From a virus (lineage: Duplodnaviria; Caudoviricetes), in IMG/VR virus record IMGVR_UViG_3300033153_002417, positions 1-25,567 of that record: 25,567 nt of DNA. One strand, 5' to 3'. Positions 8,407-18,431 of this stretch are shown here, one piece after another; the stretch's first letter is position 1, and each line of letters starts with the position of its first letter. A program made the translations under genes and the position numbers. The notes beneath the pieces were generated by a model. It saw only the letters and a program-made list of their open reading frames with translations, searched no databases and was not told the DNA's origin.

Positions 8407-10025
8407 GTAATCCTTATGGCAGCCAAACAGTACCGTTTACTACTGTAGCTTCTGATTTTCAAAAATTAGCTACTATTCCAGAGTCTTTAAAGGATACCTA
8501 TATTGATTATGGGTCCACAGACTTTGCTACACTTAGAAATGCATTAATTAAGTATATTAATGCGGTATATCCAACAGAGTACAATAACTTTGTAGAATCG
8601 GATCTAGGAATGATGCTAATTGAGCTTGTATCCTATATGGGTGCTGTAATGTCATTAAAATCAGACATGTTGGCTAATGAAAATTTCATAACTACTGCCA
8701 AGGATATAAATAGCGTAAGAAAATTGTTTAATCTTGTTGGGATTTCTTTGAATGGCCCTACTTCGGCTCAAACTTCTCCTAAAGTTTATATTGATGGTGT
8801 GGATCCTATACTTGCCTCTTTAGAGTTAACTCCCTCTGAAAGGGTGTTTACTGTTAACTCTCCTCAAGATGGTGAATCCCTTACTTATACAATGTATAGA
8901 ATTAGTAATGGGGTTGTAGATAATGTAAATAGTAATGGAACTATACGATTACAAACCCCCAATGCCCCAGGTAGAAACTATTATACAGACGGGGTGTTGT
9001 TAGAAGGAGCTTTCGGATATCAGAGTGGTACATTCCCTCAAATAGATACTTTTAAATCTATTATCCTAGATGAGCGTCCTGTAATACAAAATAGTGTTGA
9101 GGTTTATATAAATATGCCTACTCTACCTTCTGTGGATGGGGCATATAGACAAGTTAATAATTTATATCAAGCATCGTCTACAAGTGATAAGATTTTTGAG
9201 GTAGTTTACAAGGATAATTTTGCAGCTAAGATAGTATTTGGGGATGGCAGTAATGGGGTATCCCCCCCAGCACTAGCCAAGTACACTGTAACTTATAGAG
9301 TTGGGGGTGGTTCTAGGGGGAACCTTCCTGCAAATTATATTAATGGGGTAGGGACAGGGATATACGATCCTGATGATTCTATTGTTGCTACATCTATAAG
9401 AGTAGTTCAAGACTCCATCTCTACAGGAGGCGCAGATGCTGAAACTGTGGATCACGCTAAAACCTTTGGACCACTATTCTTTAAAACCCAAGATAGAATA
9501 GTTTCTTTAGAGGATTATAAAGCCTATGCTAATAATTTTACCTCTCCGTTAGCCACTACAGGAAAAGCGGTAGCGGTTACTCGTCAGGCGTACTCTTCTG
9601 CTAATATTATAGATTTATACCTTTTGGAAAAGGCTAGTACTACCCAATTTCAAAAAGCGTCCTTGTCATTTAAGGATGCTTTGTTGACAGCTTTAGAAAG
9701 CAAGAAGATGATAACTGATGAGGTAGTTTTAGTAGATGGTCTTATTCGGACCTTAGATCTAGTAGTTACTATTAATATAGATAAGAAATTTGAAGGCGTG
9801 GAGGGTACGGTAACTTCTAAAGTAGCCAATAGAATACAAAACTATTTTTTGGTGGATAATTGGGACTTTGGAGACCCTTTGATTCTATCGGACCTAAATA
9901 GGTATATATTTGAAACAGAGGATGTTAGATTTTCTAGTATTGATAATATATCCTCCAATATCATAGTCGAATTTAATGAAATTATTCAATTAAATAATGT
10001 TTCCGTTAATGTAGCTTTAGTTTAA
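8403..10025 (+). CDS. gp6: Baseplate wedge protein, T4 gp6 / baseplate J-like
   Basis: 540 aa. DFATLRNALIKY...ESDLGMMLIELVSY...ANENFITTA, IVFGDGSNGVSPP, YRVGGGSRGN and GGADAET...QDRIVSLEDY. Follows gp25. Confidence 0.92.
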   Translation: MSNPYGSQTVPFTTVASDFQKLATIPESLKDTYIDYGSTDFATLRNALIKYINAVYPTEYNNFVESDLGMMLIELVSYMGAVMSLKSDMLANENFITTAKDINSVRKLFNLVGISLNGPTSAQTSPKVYIDGVDPILASLELTPSERVFTVNSPQDGESLTYTMYRISNGVVDNVNSNGTIRLQTPNAPGRNYYTDGVLLEGAFGYQSGTFPQIDTFKSIILDERPVIQNSVEVYINMPTLPSVDGAYRQVNNLYQASSTSDKIFEVVYKDNFAAKIVFGDGSNGVSPPALAKYTVTYRVGGGSRGNLPANYINGVGTGIYDPDDSIVATSIRVVQDSISTGGADAETVDHAKTFGPLFFKTQDRIVSLEDYKAYANNFTSPLATTGKAVAVTRQAYSSANIIDLYLLEKASTTQFQKASLSFKDALLTALESKKMITDEVVLVDGLIRTLDLVVTINIDKKFEGVEGTVTSKVANRIQNYFLVDNWDFGDPLILSDLNRYIFETEDVRFSSIDNISSNIIVEFNEIIQLNNVSVNVALV

Positions 10026-13000
10026 TGGCACAGAACTACTACAAAAGAAATTATAAGGATGCTTTAGATAGTATCATTCCATCAATTTATTTCTCTACCT
10101 CCGTAGAGACTAGTGCTATGGCTGTTTCCCAAATAGATAGTATTATAAATAGCCATATTAACTTTTGTGTAAACCAACCGTTCTTATTAAACATTTCTGC
10201 TGTAGGAGAATTTTCTTCTATCAATACTGTTTCTGGAATTTCTAGATGGTTTTTACCTGAGAATATAGAAAGGGATAAGTTAACTTCTTTAGAATTTGAA
10301 ATACATATATTACATAAGCTAGGGTTATGTACAGGTAAACAGTTCGGCCAGCCATGTACTTATTTTAATTGCTCTAGTACAGACTGCAAAGAAGATATAT
10401 CAGGAATTCCTTATAATAAAGTACTTTCTTTCTTTAAGACTAAAGTATTGCCCAAAATTGTATTAAATTCCTCAAGTTTGGCAGATACGACTGTTAGTGC
10501 ATTTTCTAACACTGCGTCAGGAACGCATGAGCATCTTATTAATTCCTTAGGGTGGGCATATTTCTTAAACACTTCTGGCTCTGTTGAGGATCCTTCTGGC
10601 TATGTGGCAAGTGCGCTTACCAACATGTATATGTCAGGTACTAACTTTTTAATGAAAGATGGTATTAAAGGCGCAGCTTACTATACATGGAAAAACTGGT
10701 CTTCGTTGTCTTCCGTATCTACTGGGTTACTCCCTTCTGTATACTACTCTGGGACAGGGGAATATGTTAGTGGGACTCTGGGGCTAGATAGATTAAATAC
10801 TCTTATTGATGTAATTTATTCAGACCAGATAGCTACAAGAGATGATGACTATATATCAACAGCTTATACTAATTATATAGATAATGGATTCCTATTAGAC
10901 AATAGGGAGAGGACAGGACCCTTCAGTAAATTTATTGAGGGCGTGGCATACCTATTGTTTGATATTAATAATGAGTCTCAGAAGATACAATCTTTATACG
11001 ACTTGGATAAATGCCCAGACAATTTGTTAAAATATGTGGCAGAGTTAATAGGGTGGGATCTTAAAGGAAGTAACCCAAGAGGATGGAGAAGACAGCTTAG
11101 GTACGCAGTAAAATTATATAAACAAAAAGGAACTAAGGAGGGGCTGTACAATGTTATGACTACAGTCCTCCCTGGGACCTCTTTAGAGCTTTCGTCTATA
11201 TCTGAATTTTATGAGTCTTACATACCTTATTTAATGTATTACTTAATAAAGACGGATAGCTCTTTATTCGATTCGTTTGCCTCTTGGTCTCCAACCAACG
11301 CATCCATATATACTAGTGGGGAATATAGTTATTCTGATATGGATCATAATATTAGACTAGCTATAGACCATGTTATATTACGGGCTACGGAGAAGTTTAA
11401 TAATTTATTTTATGTTAGAAATTTTGAGTTCAATCCAAATGATCCAAATTTTGTTTTTAATTATAGAGGACGAGATTTCCCCATACCTCCTTGGGAAGAA
11501 ATAAAATTTTACAGATCCTGCGATGTTACAGTAGATCTACTAACTTTCTTTAAAGATGAGTTAGTTTGTTTAGGGGTATCCCCTATTCATGCTACTAATT
11601 TCTTTAATTATATATTAAAAAATACTATTAATAATAGCTATTTACCTTCTTATAGTAATTCATTTTTATTCTTCACTAGTGGATTAAATACTGCCCCCAA
11701 TGAAACTTATCTATTAGATAATAGAGAAGCGGATAAGTATAATTTCTTACCTATGTGGAACAGTAAATCTTCTACTTTTAATGTTAGTGTATCATCTGGA
11801 ACTTTTGATACTAACTTCTTTAATAGTTCTATATTTACTAAGAATGATTTCTTCCAAGCCCTTTCTGTGGTAGATGATTTTTCTCCTGCAAAGGCTATAG
11901 CTAGAACCCATGTGGACTTGCTCCATACAGACTACATGAGAAATACAGTATATACTTGTCCAAGTATACGGTTCTGGTTGCAAGACATCACAGTGTCAGG
12001 CTTCCAGGGGGGCTCCACAGCCTCTGGCATGGATATACTGAGCATCTCTGGGGCAAAGGGCGCAGACTACAACTACACGCTAGACAACTCTGGGAGAGCC
12101 GCTAACGACCACACTAACTTACCCGTATTTCATAGAGAGTTTATTGATTCCCCTTTAGACTTCTCTCAAATGGAGGGTTCCGCAGTTAGTGCTGCCCCCA
12201 TTACTGATGTTTTTCGAACAACTAAAAGGAAGAGAAATTTTTCTAACAATCTTGAAAAAGGTGGATGGTATACTAGAACAGGGTATAATATGCCTTCTTA
12301 CTATAATTTAAGTTCTGGTAGTGATATCCTTCCTGAATTTTATGTTCAAGGATTTATAAATGAACAGTATGTATTTAACCCAGTAATTAATTTTAAAAAC
12401 TTGTATGAGGTGAGTGCTTGGCCCTTTGATAATGATTTATGGTCTGCTTGTTATACTTTAAATAGTACTCTTACTTATAATAATATTCCTGTATCCTCTA
12501 CATTTAATGTACGGGGTAGTAGTGCTTTGTCTTCCGACTCCTGTAATGAGTACGCTAGACGAGATAGGCCCCCAGAGTTTCCCACTTTCCTACATAAACT
12601 TTTGGATAAAAAATACACTAAAGAAGCAGAACGAGTATATGAAATTAATAAATTTTTAATAGATACTTCTGCATTCATCAATCCAATTACATGTATAAAA
12701 AATAGATTATGGAATAAAACCTCTAACTCTTTGGATATATTGTATAACTCTATTCTAGGTAATAGAATATTTAGTATAGGTTCTAAAGATGGAATGCATA
12801 AAATGTTTAAAGATTATATTAGCTACTTTACAGGTACTGGCATAGGAAATGGTCTTTTGGATACTTATGAAGGTGGGGGTGCTGATATATTATCTCATAC
12901 TTATGGGCCTCTATTTCTTAATGGTAGGTTTACTACAGATGGATCTGCTATAGAGGTAAGTTCTGCTTTAATTAGTGATAGTATATATGATGAAAAAACC

Positions 13001-14440
13001 TTTGTTATATCCTCTCTTACTGATTTGAATACTATAAATGCAGGTAAGGCAGATATGTATGTAGAGTATAGGGAACTTAGAAATCCTTACATTCTTTCTG
13101 GTGTAGAGCTAGTTGATGCTTATAATGGTATTTCCGAGTTTTCTATATTTAGGTTGGGGACAGATAAAGCATCTCCCAATAGAGATAATTATAATATACA
13201 TAATACTCTATGTGTATTAGACACTAAGGGTAAGTTTCCAAGATACAGATTCAACCTTAAAGATTATGGAGAGTTTACAAATTCTATTATCCCAGAGCGA
13301 GAATATAAATTGAATCTTAATGCTTTAATAGGGAGAAAAAATTCTGATATGTTGGGAGGAGGATCTTTTGGTGTTTGGATACACACTGAGATGGAGAAGG
13401 ACTTAGACGGTACTAAAATATTTTGGAATTTTATGCCTAATGGAGAATGGAAAAGAATATTATTAGATGATATTTTAGGGGTTGGGTCTGTGAATTTTGT
13501 AAAACAATCTTTATCCCATTCATTAGATTTTTCGGAACTGTATACAATAAGTTTAGAAAAGTGCTTTGCTCAAGAATCTGCTAAAGAGGTTATAGGATCT
13601 TTACAAAAAGATGATTTTAGAGGGGGATCAGTTATATTTAATACATATAATAATAAGATTAAACTTCCATTAAATTATTATAAAGTGGAGAATCAAATAC
13701 ATAGAACATCCCAGAATTATATAGTAGAAGTATTTATGTATGATAATAGTGACCCTGCCCTATTTTCTGTAATTGATTATGTTTCTACTAACGATTTAAG
13801 GCAATATAGTAGAGCAGCCGTTAGACATCCAATTACCTATCATAAATATGATAAATCTAAAGATCCTATTGTTAATGATATAGATTTTTATGATAGCAGT
13901 GGTGTACTAATAGGTTCTGGTACAAGTTTATCTGCTGACTCTAATGGAAATATTACTACTTCTGGGGGAGATAAGGTTACCGCCCATATAGCGACAGTAA
14001 TCGGTCCTGTGATTTCAACAGGTATTTTATATTCTCAAGTCTCTATGACCTCTAATCAATCTTGGGCCAAAGATCAGAACTCTAAGTCTATATACTTTGG
14101 ATCTATGCTATATGATGGTAGATTTACATTAAATTCGTCTGGTGTATCCTCCCCTTCGTCTATAACAATAGTAGGGAAAACTAAAGGTTCTAACATATCT
14201 GTGGATGAGGTATTGAATGTTCCACTAGACCCAGAAGAGGTTTTAATAATGCTTAGAGAATTCAAAAGATTACAAGCAGAAATGGGGGCTAGGAATAAAG
14301 CTATTAGTGCAGCAGAGTTTGGACCAGAGGGGGGTAGTAGATTGAACTATAGAACTGCTCCTATGTGGAGTCAGGATGGGGGATACACTACTTTTGAGAC
14401 TAATAGTAGGCAATACACAAGGATAAATGTGGAAAACTAA
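10025..14440 (+). CDS. Giant baseplate wedge protein with a P2 gpI / T4 gp7-like core
   Basis: 1471 aa. The core at ~10990-11150 (LYDLDKCPDNLLKYVAELIGWDL...WRRQLRYAVKLYKQKGTKEGL) is the tail protein I signature. Follows gp6 with a TAATG overlap. Confidence 0.82.
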   Translation: MAQNYYKRNYKDALDSIIPSIYFSTSVETSAMAVSQIDSIINSHINFCVNQPFLLNISAVGEFSSINTVSGISRWFLPENIERDKLTSLEFEIHILHKLGLCTGKQFGQPCTYFNCSSTDCKEDISGIPYNKVLSFFKTKVLPKIVLNSSSLADTTVSAFSNTASGTHEHLINSLGWAYFLNTSGSVEDPSGYVASALTNMYMSGTNFLMKDGIKGAAYYTWKNWSSLSSVSTGLLPSVYYSGTGEYVSGTLGLDRLNTLIDVIYSDQIATRDDDYISTAYTNYIDNGFLLDNRERTGPFSKFIEGVAYLLFDINNESQKIQSLYDLDKCPDNLLKYVAELIGWDLKGSNPRGWRRQLRYAVKLYKQKGTKEGLYNVMTTVLPGTSLELSSISEFYESYIPYLMYYLIKTDSSLFDSFASWSPTNASIYTSGEYSYSDMDHNIRLAIDHVILRATEKFNNLFYVRNFEFNPNDPNFVFNYRGRDFPIPPWEEIKFYRSCDVTVDLLTFFKDELVCLGVSPIHATNFFNYILKNTINNSYLPSYSNSFLFFTSGLNTAPNETYLLDNREADKYNFLPMWNSKSSTFNVSVSSGTFDTNFFNSSIFTKNDFFQALSVVDDFSPAKAIARTHVDLLHTDYMRNTVYTCPSIRFWLQDITVSGFQGGSTASGMDILSISGAKGADYNYTLDNSGRAANDHTNLPVFHREFIDSPLDFSQMEGSAVSAAPITDVFRTTKRKRNFSNNLEKGGWYTRTGYNMPSYYNLSSGSDILPEFYVQGFINEQYVFNPVINFKNLYEVSAWPFDNDLWSACYTLNSTLTYNNIPVSSTFNVRGSSALSSDSCNEYARRDRPPEFPTFLHKLLDKKYTKEAERVYEINKFLIDTSAFINPITCIKNRLWNKTSNSLDILYNSILGNRIFSIGSKDGMHKMFKDYISYFTGTGIGNGLLDTYEGGGADILSHTYGPLFLNGRFTTDGSAIEVSSALISDSIYDEKTFVISSLTDLNTINAGKADMYVEYRELRNPYILSGVELVDAYNGISEFSIFRLGTDKASPNRDNYNIHNTLCVLDTKGKFPRYRFNLKDYGEFTNSIIPEREYKLNLNALIGRKNSDMLGGGSFGVWIHTEMEKDLDGTKIFWNFMPNGEWKRILLDDILGVGSVNFVKQSLSHSLDFSELYTISLEKCFAQESAKEVIGSLQKDDFRGGSVIFNTYNNKIKLPLNYYKVENQIHRTSQNYIVEVFMYDNSDPALFSVIDYVSTNDLRQYSRAAVRHPITYHKYDKSKDPIVNDIDFYDSSGVLIGSGTSLSADSNGNITTSGGDKVTAHIATVIGPVISTGILYSQVSMTSNQSWAKDQNSKSIYFGSMLYDGRFTLNSSGVSSPSSITIVGKTKGSNISVDEVLNVPLDPEEVLIMLREFKRLQAEMGARNKAISAAEFGPEGGSRLNYRTAPMWSQDGGYTTFETNSRQYTRINVEN

Positions 14441-16563
14441 TGAAAGGTATAGTAGAAATATACGGTACTACAGATGATGGTAAAAGAGACCTCCTTTACC
14501 GGGGAGAGAATACGACCACTGTTGGATTCTCTGAAAATATTGTAGATATGCTAACCCTCCCTTCTTCTATAGTTTCCGCTACTGATAGTGATGATTACTT
14601 AAATCCAAAAAACTATATCATAAATGCTTTTTCTATGTCTAAAGCTAAGGATCAGTTTAAGAAGAATCTTCATGCTTATAGTACAACTAACTTACTTCAT
14701 TATTCTAAAGACCTAACTGTGGGAACTGTTGGATCCGCTCCTACGCCTCCTGGAATATGGCTTAGAACTAAGTTGGAGGTAGTTAGTGCTGTGGATATAG
14801 AAACTGTTGATTACGAGTCTAGTGCATTTTTACTAGACACTATTACTTCTGCGGGAAGGTTATCACAAACTATTTCATATGACGACTCCTGGGCTGGTGC
14901 TTATGCGTCTTCTTATTTTAGTGCAACAGATTTTGTATTTTCTGTAGATATGAAAATGAATAGGGATAATCCCCCGATACAAGTTTCCGCTGGTGGGGGT
15001 GGTGAGTACAGAGGTTACACCCAACTAGCTATTAGTGGTAATGGAGTTGCGAGTGGAATGATATTCGAATGGGATGAGAGTGGTGTACCCAAAGTATTCA
15101 ATAGAAATACCTATAATGGATACAACTTTGCTAATAATTTAGGAGGAATAAAAAGTTTAGGTGGTGGGTGGTATAGAGCGTTTGTCTACTCTAAGTATGA
15201 TAGTGGGGGGTATAGTGGTAATACTATAGCTATTATATATCCATCACTAGGTCCTCTTGGGCAAGCTCTTGTTGGGGCTGGATATAAGGCTAAGGGTAAA
15301 GCTGGATCTATATTTATATCTAGACCGCAGCTAGAGTTAGGAATCCATCCAACAAATTATGTGGAGACTAGTGCTTTAGCATCGAGAGATAATCTGTTTA
15401 GATACACAAGACTTAATTCTACCCCTCCTTATGGGACAGATGTAGATGGTAGCGCAGCCATAAACTATTATATTGCTAGTGGTACTGGGGGACCCACCCT
15501 TAGTGGAATTTACGATGGGACTTTGGATAAGGGAGTATCAGCGTACATACCTTTTAAAAATGACCTTATTCCTTATGCTCGTCCTGAAGATAGAGAACTT
15601 ACACCAGGAGCCATAACCCCTGTCGAAGAAGCGTTTGGGGTTCAAATAACTCAAGGACAGATATCTAATTGTCAACATATGTGGGACAGACTAAAGGTAG
15701 ATAAATATGATACCTCCTGGACTTACGCTAAGAAGTATGAACCCTATTTTGGAAGACATTTAACTTATGTTGGAGCGTTCTCCTCTAGAAATAATTGGGT
15801 TCCTTCTGGATCTTTAGCTACTGAAGATCAGGTGGGTGCTACTATAAGAAAAGTAACTAATTGGGTTCATTATGTTTCAGCATATGATGAAAATGGATAT
15901 TCTTCTCCCTTGTCTAGTGTGTCCTTGTCTGGTGGTTGGCTTACTGATTTTAATAAAGAATCTACTCCTGACATGGATGGGTTTATACCTGTATTAAATT
16001 ATGCTACTTCAGCGGGGCCAGGGGACACTAATGATACCTCCGATAACTGGGTTACCGCTGCAACTGGATGGAGGTATAGTATAATGCAAAGTCAGATACA
16101 TTCCGACTTTTCTTCCACAGGGGAAGTAACTTATCATTTAAGACAACTAAATATGTCAGGGAATAATGGGTATGATTTCATATCACCACCAGTAGGCGCA
16201 GATGGAATTACTTTAAATAGTGATTCAGTGCTATTAAATCTTTTCGGTGGGGTAGATGTTATAGGTTTGTGGGGATTTGATTTGAAGAAGATAAGGGCAG
16301 ATGACCCAGATGGAACGGACACTAAGAGATATCCGTTTGTGGGATCAGGTCCAGATAGAGCTACTGTTGATAAAAATACTCAGGCGAGTGAGAGTATTGC
16401 TGCTAATAAAAACCACCCCTGGGATCCATATAGAAGATATAAACTTTATAGTAAAAAAGTTCTTACTGATAATATAATGAAGAATGAAGGGTTTGGAACT
16501 TCAGCAGGTATATTCACTAATTATAAAAATCTAGACTTGTATTGGAAGGTGAAATTTATATGA
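14440..16563 (+). CDS. Collar/fibre-attachment-like baseplate protein, paralog 1, with an inserted CBM-like jelly-roll
   Basis: 707 aa. N-terminus MKGIVEIY...ENTTTVG and C-terminus VDVIGLW...LYSKK...LDLYWKVKF align with the next two ORFs. The insert at ~14686-15387 has TNLLHYS...FSVDMK...SLGGGWYR...PQLELGIHPTNYVET, a common phage carbohydrate-binding/spike beta-sandwich pattern. Confidence 0.7.
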   Translation: MKGIVEIYGTTDDGKRDLLYRGENTTTVGFSENIVDMLTLPSSIVSATDSDDYLNPKNYIINAFSMSKAKDQFKKNLHAYSTTNLLHYSKDLTVGTVGSAPTPPGIWLRTKLEVVSAVDIETVDYESSAFLLDTITSAGRLSQTISYDDSWAGAYASSYFSATDFVFSVDMKMNRDNPPIQVSAGGGGEYRGYTQLAISGNGVASGMIFEWDESGVPKVFNRNTYNGYNFANNLGGIKSLGGGWYRAFVYSKYDSGGYSGNTIAIIYPSLGPLGQALVGAGYKAKGKAGSIFISRPQLELGIHPTNYVETSALASRDNLFRYTRLNSTPPYGTDVDGSAAINYYIASGTGGPTLSGIYDGTLDKGVSAYIPFKNDLIPYARPEDRELTPGAITPVEEAFGVQITQGQISNCQHMWDRLKVDKYDTSWTYAKKYEPYFGRHLTYVGAFSSRNNWVPSGSLATEDQVGATIRKVTNWVHYVSAYDENGYSSPLSSVSLSGGWLTDFNKESTPDMDGFIPVLNYATSAGPGDTNDTSDNWVTAATGWRYSIMQSQIHSDFSSTGEVTYHLRQLNMSGNNGYDFISPPVGADGITLNSDSVLLNLFGGVDVIGLWGFDLKKIRADDPDGTDTKRYPFVGSGPDRATVDKNTQASESIAANKNHPWDPYRRYKLYSKKVLTDNIMKNEGFGTSAGIFTNYKNLDLYWKVKFI

Positions 16564-18392
16564 TAGGTAAGGTAAAAATAAAGAAAGTTAATAAGGCTAC
16601 TGGTCATGAAGAGGTTATATTTGAAGATGAGAACCAATTAACAGAAGGTATAAAGCATGCTATCGTCAATGTTCTTACTGGGACAGGTTCCAAAGATATA
16701 AATGATTACAAATTTAGTTACTACCAATTAGGTAATCAAAAGTATGATCTAAGTACTTATGATATTTCAGCAGATGTGACTTCTTCAGCCCTTAAATCTT
16801 ACTTCTGGACTCTTAAAAGTCCTCTTAAAATATCTCAATATGGGAGAGATAGTATTTTTGGTGTAGCCCCTAAAGATACTTATGTGTTGGGGTCTATCTA
16901 CCCGTCTGGCACAGGAGCCACCAAAGTTGTTGATAATTTTGTTCAGCCTCCATACGCTAGAACGGTTAGGAATGAATACTCTAATATATTCGCATTAGCC
17001 CCATTAGGTTTTACTGCTGGGACGCACGGTACTCTACTTCTTTCAAGTATTTATGTAGCAGGGTGTGCTGATACTTGGGTAGCTGACCCAGATAATTTCG
17101 GTATACCTCCAATGTCAAGCTTACAGGACTTCTCTATGTCAGGCCCAGACTTCGCTGCCCCCACATGGTTAGTGTCATATACACCAGAAAGAAATTTGAC
17201 GACAAGTTTAGGTAAAGATGCTTTCGGAGCAGTATGTATAAGATCCCATCATGGATATGTCTATCATGGGAATACTACAGAATACCGTAAGGGAGAGCAG
17301 ATGAATGTATTCGCTAACCTAAGAACTAACCAGACTTTATCTAATTATTTTGCTGGAGTTCATTATACTTCTGGAAGTCCTGAACTGTCTTCTACCACCC
17401 TCACAGGAAGGGTTCAAATATTCAATAGATTTGCACAGAACTTACTTGCTGGTACTGCTGGTCAGAATAGAAATGATTTTATATATAGATATGATTATGA
17501 TAATTCTGCTGCTACATATACTCCTAGTATATTAGCTGTGTCTAGTGGGTGGGAACGGTATGCTGACGCTAAATCTACGGCATCAGCAGCCGCTGAGTTT
17601 GCCCGTGTTTATGATTTTCCTACAGATGAGTCGGAATCAAAAGCTGAGTATGGTGTAGTGTCTGGAAATATATACAATAGTGTGGGTGCTGTTTATACAT
17701 ATGCTGACCATTTAAATAGTTATTCTACGAAAAGTGGCCCTGGTGCTGCGGTAATGGATACTTCCAATATAGGTTTTGGTCCTAGTGGTAACTTTTATAG
17801 AGTCTCTACTAGTTGGGTTAGTGCATCAGATAAAATGATTAACAATTACCATGCGTATGCTAATGGAACAGAGTTAGTAGGTCAAGGTCTTGCATGCTTC
17901 GTGTATCCAGTAGTCTCAAGTGTTAAAGAGGTGGATGTCGGAGGAGAAATTGTGGGGGAGATGTTGCTAGAGAAGACCCCAAGATCAGCAGCTTATATGG
18001 GGTTTCAGCAGTGGGATTACAATGCAGAGGCACAAGCCAATCAAAATGTACATGGAGAAGCTTCTTATTATTTAACCTTTACACAAGACTTTGTAGATAT
18101 ACCAGATGAGTACACTACTAATCATTTAGATAATACTACTAATGTGAGATTAATTGTGGATGAGAATTTAGCTAATTCTCAAACAATTAGAGAAGTTGGA
18201 TTATTTCTTAAAAATCCAAGTGGGGCTACAGGCAGGGACGCCCCTTTTTTGGCAGCTTACAAACTTCTTTATTGTGATATTAATAAAACATCTGAATTTT
18301 CGTATATAATTGATTGGGAACTATCTTTTATAGACATTTCAGTTCCCTATACAGAACAAACCTCATCATCAGAGGGATGTACTTCTTCTTAG
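16560..18392 (+). CDS. Collar/fibre-attachment-like baseplate protein, paralog 2, with a ~390-aa insertion
   Basis: MIGKVKI...EEVIFEDENQLTEG and ANSQTIREVGLF...LAAYK...INKTSEFSYIIDWELSF. Start placed at the ATGA overlap (16560) rather than the track's non-ATG 16542. Confidence 0.72.
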   Translation: MIGKVKIKKVNKATGHEEVIFEDENQLTEGIKHAIVNVLTGTGSKDINDYKFSYYQLGNQKYDLSTYDISADVTSSALKSYFWTLKSPLKISQYGRDSIFGVAPKDTYVLGSIYPSGTGATKVVDNFVQPPYARTVRNEYSNIFALAPLGFTAGTHGTLLLSSIYVAGCADTWVADPDNFGIPPMSSLQDFSMSGPDFAAPTWLVSYTPERNLTTSLGKDAFGAVCIRSHHGYVYHGNTTEYRKGEQMNVFANLRTNQTLSNYFAGVHYTSGSPELSSTTLTGRVQIFNRFAQNLLAGTAGQNRNDFIYRYDYDNSAATYTPSILAVSSGWERYADAKSTASAAAEFARVYDFPTDESESKAEYGVVSGNIYNSVGAVYTYADHLNSYSTKSGPGAAVMDTSNIGFGPSGNFYRVSTSWVSASDKMINNYHAYANGTELVGQGLACFVYPVVSSVKEVDVGGEIVGEMLLEKTPRSAAYMGFQQWDYNAEAQANQNVHGEASYYLTFTQDFVDIPDEYTTNHLDNTTNVRLIVDENLANSQTIREVGLFLKNPSGATGRDAPFLAAYKLLYCDINKTSEFSYIIDWELSFIDISVPYTEQTSSSEGCTSS

Positions 18393-18418
18393 TAAATGTT
18401 GAATAATTAGAGTAAAGG

Positions 18419-18426
18419 TATAAATA
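18419..18426 (+). promoter_or_regulatory. Putative T4-type (gp55-class) late promoter TATAAATA
   Basis: Exact T4 late promoter octamer in the only intergenic gap over 15 nt (18393-18431), ending 5 nt before ATG 18432. The octamer also occurs inside CDSs (e.g. 8705, 9107, 18800), so chance is possible. Confidence 0.5.
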
Positions 18427-18431
18427 ATATA

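Noticed and set aside
709-9268. Homopolymer runs (A7 at 709, T7 at 1612, C7 at 9262) as frameshift or phase-variation sites
   Set aside because: Short, frames are intact, and no useful alternate-frame ORF follows.
141-10025. Bacterial eCIS/tailocin/T6SS locus rather than phage
   Set aside because: T4-like gp6 and gp53, very large fibres, a T4-type promoter octamer and no Afp15-like ATPase or regulators favour a phage. Not fully excluded, because no capsid genes are in the window.
13180-13215. Possible intein C-terminal splice junction (IHN/T)
   Set aside because: No intein block A, B or F motifs and no LAGLIDADG motif upstream.
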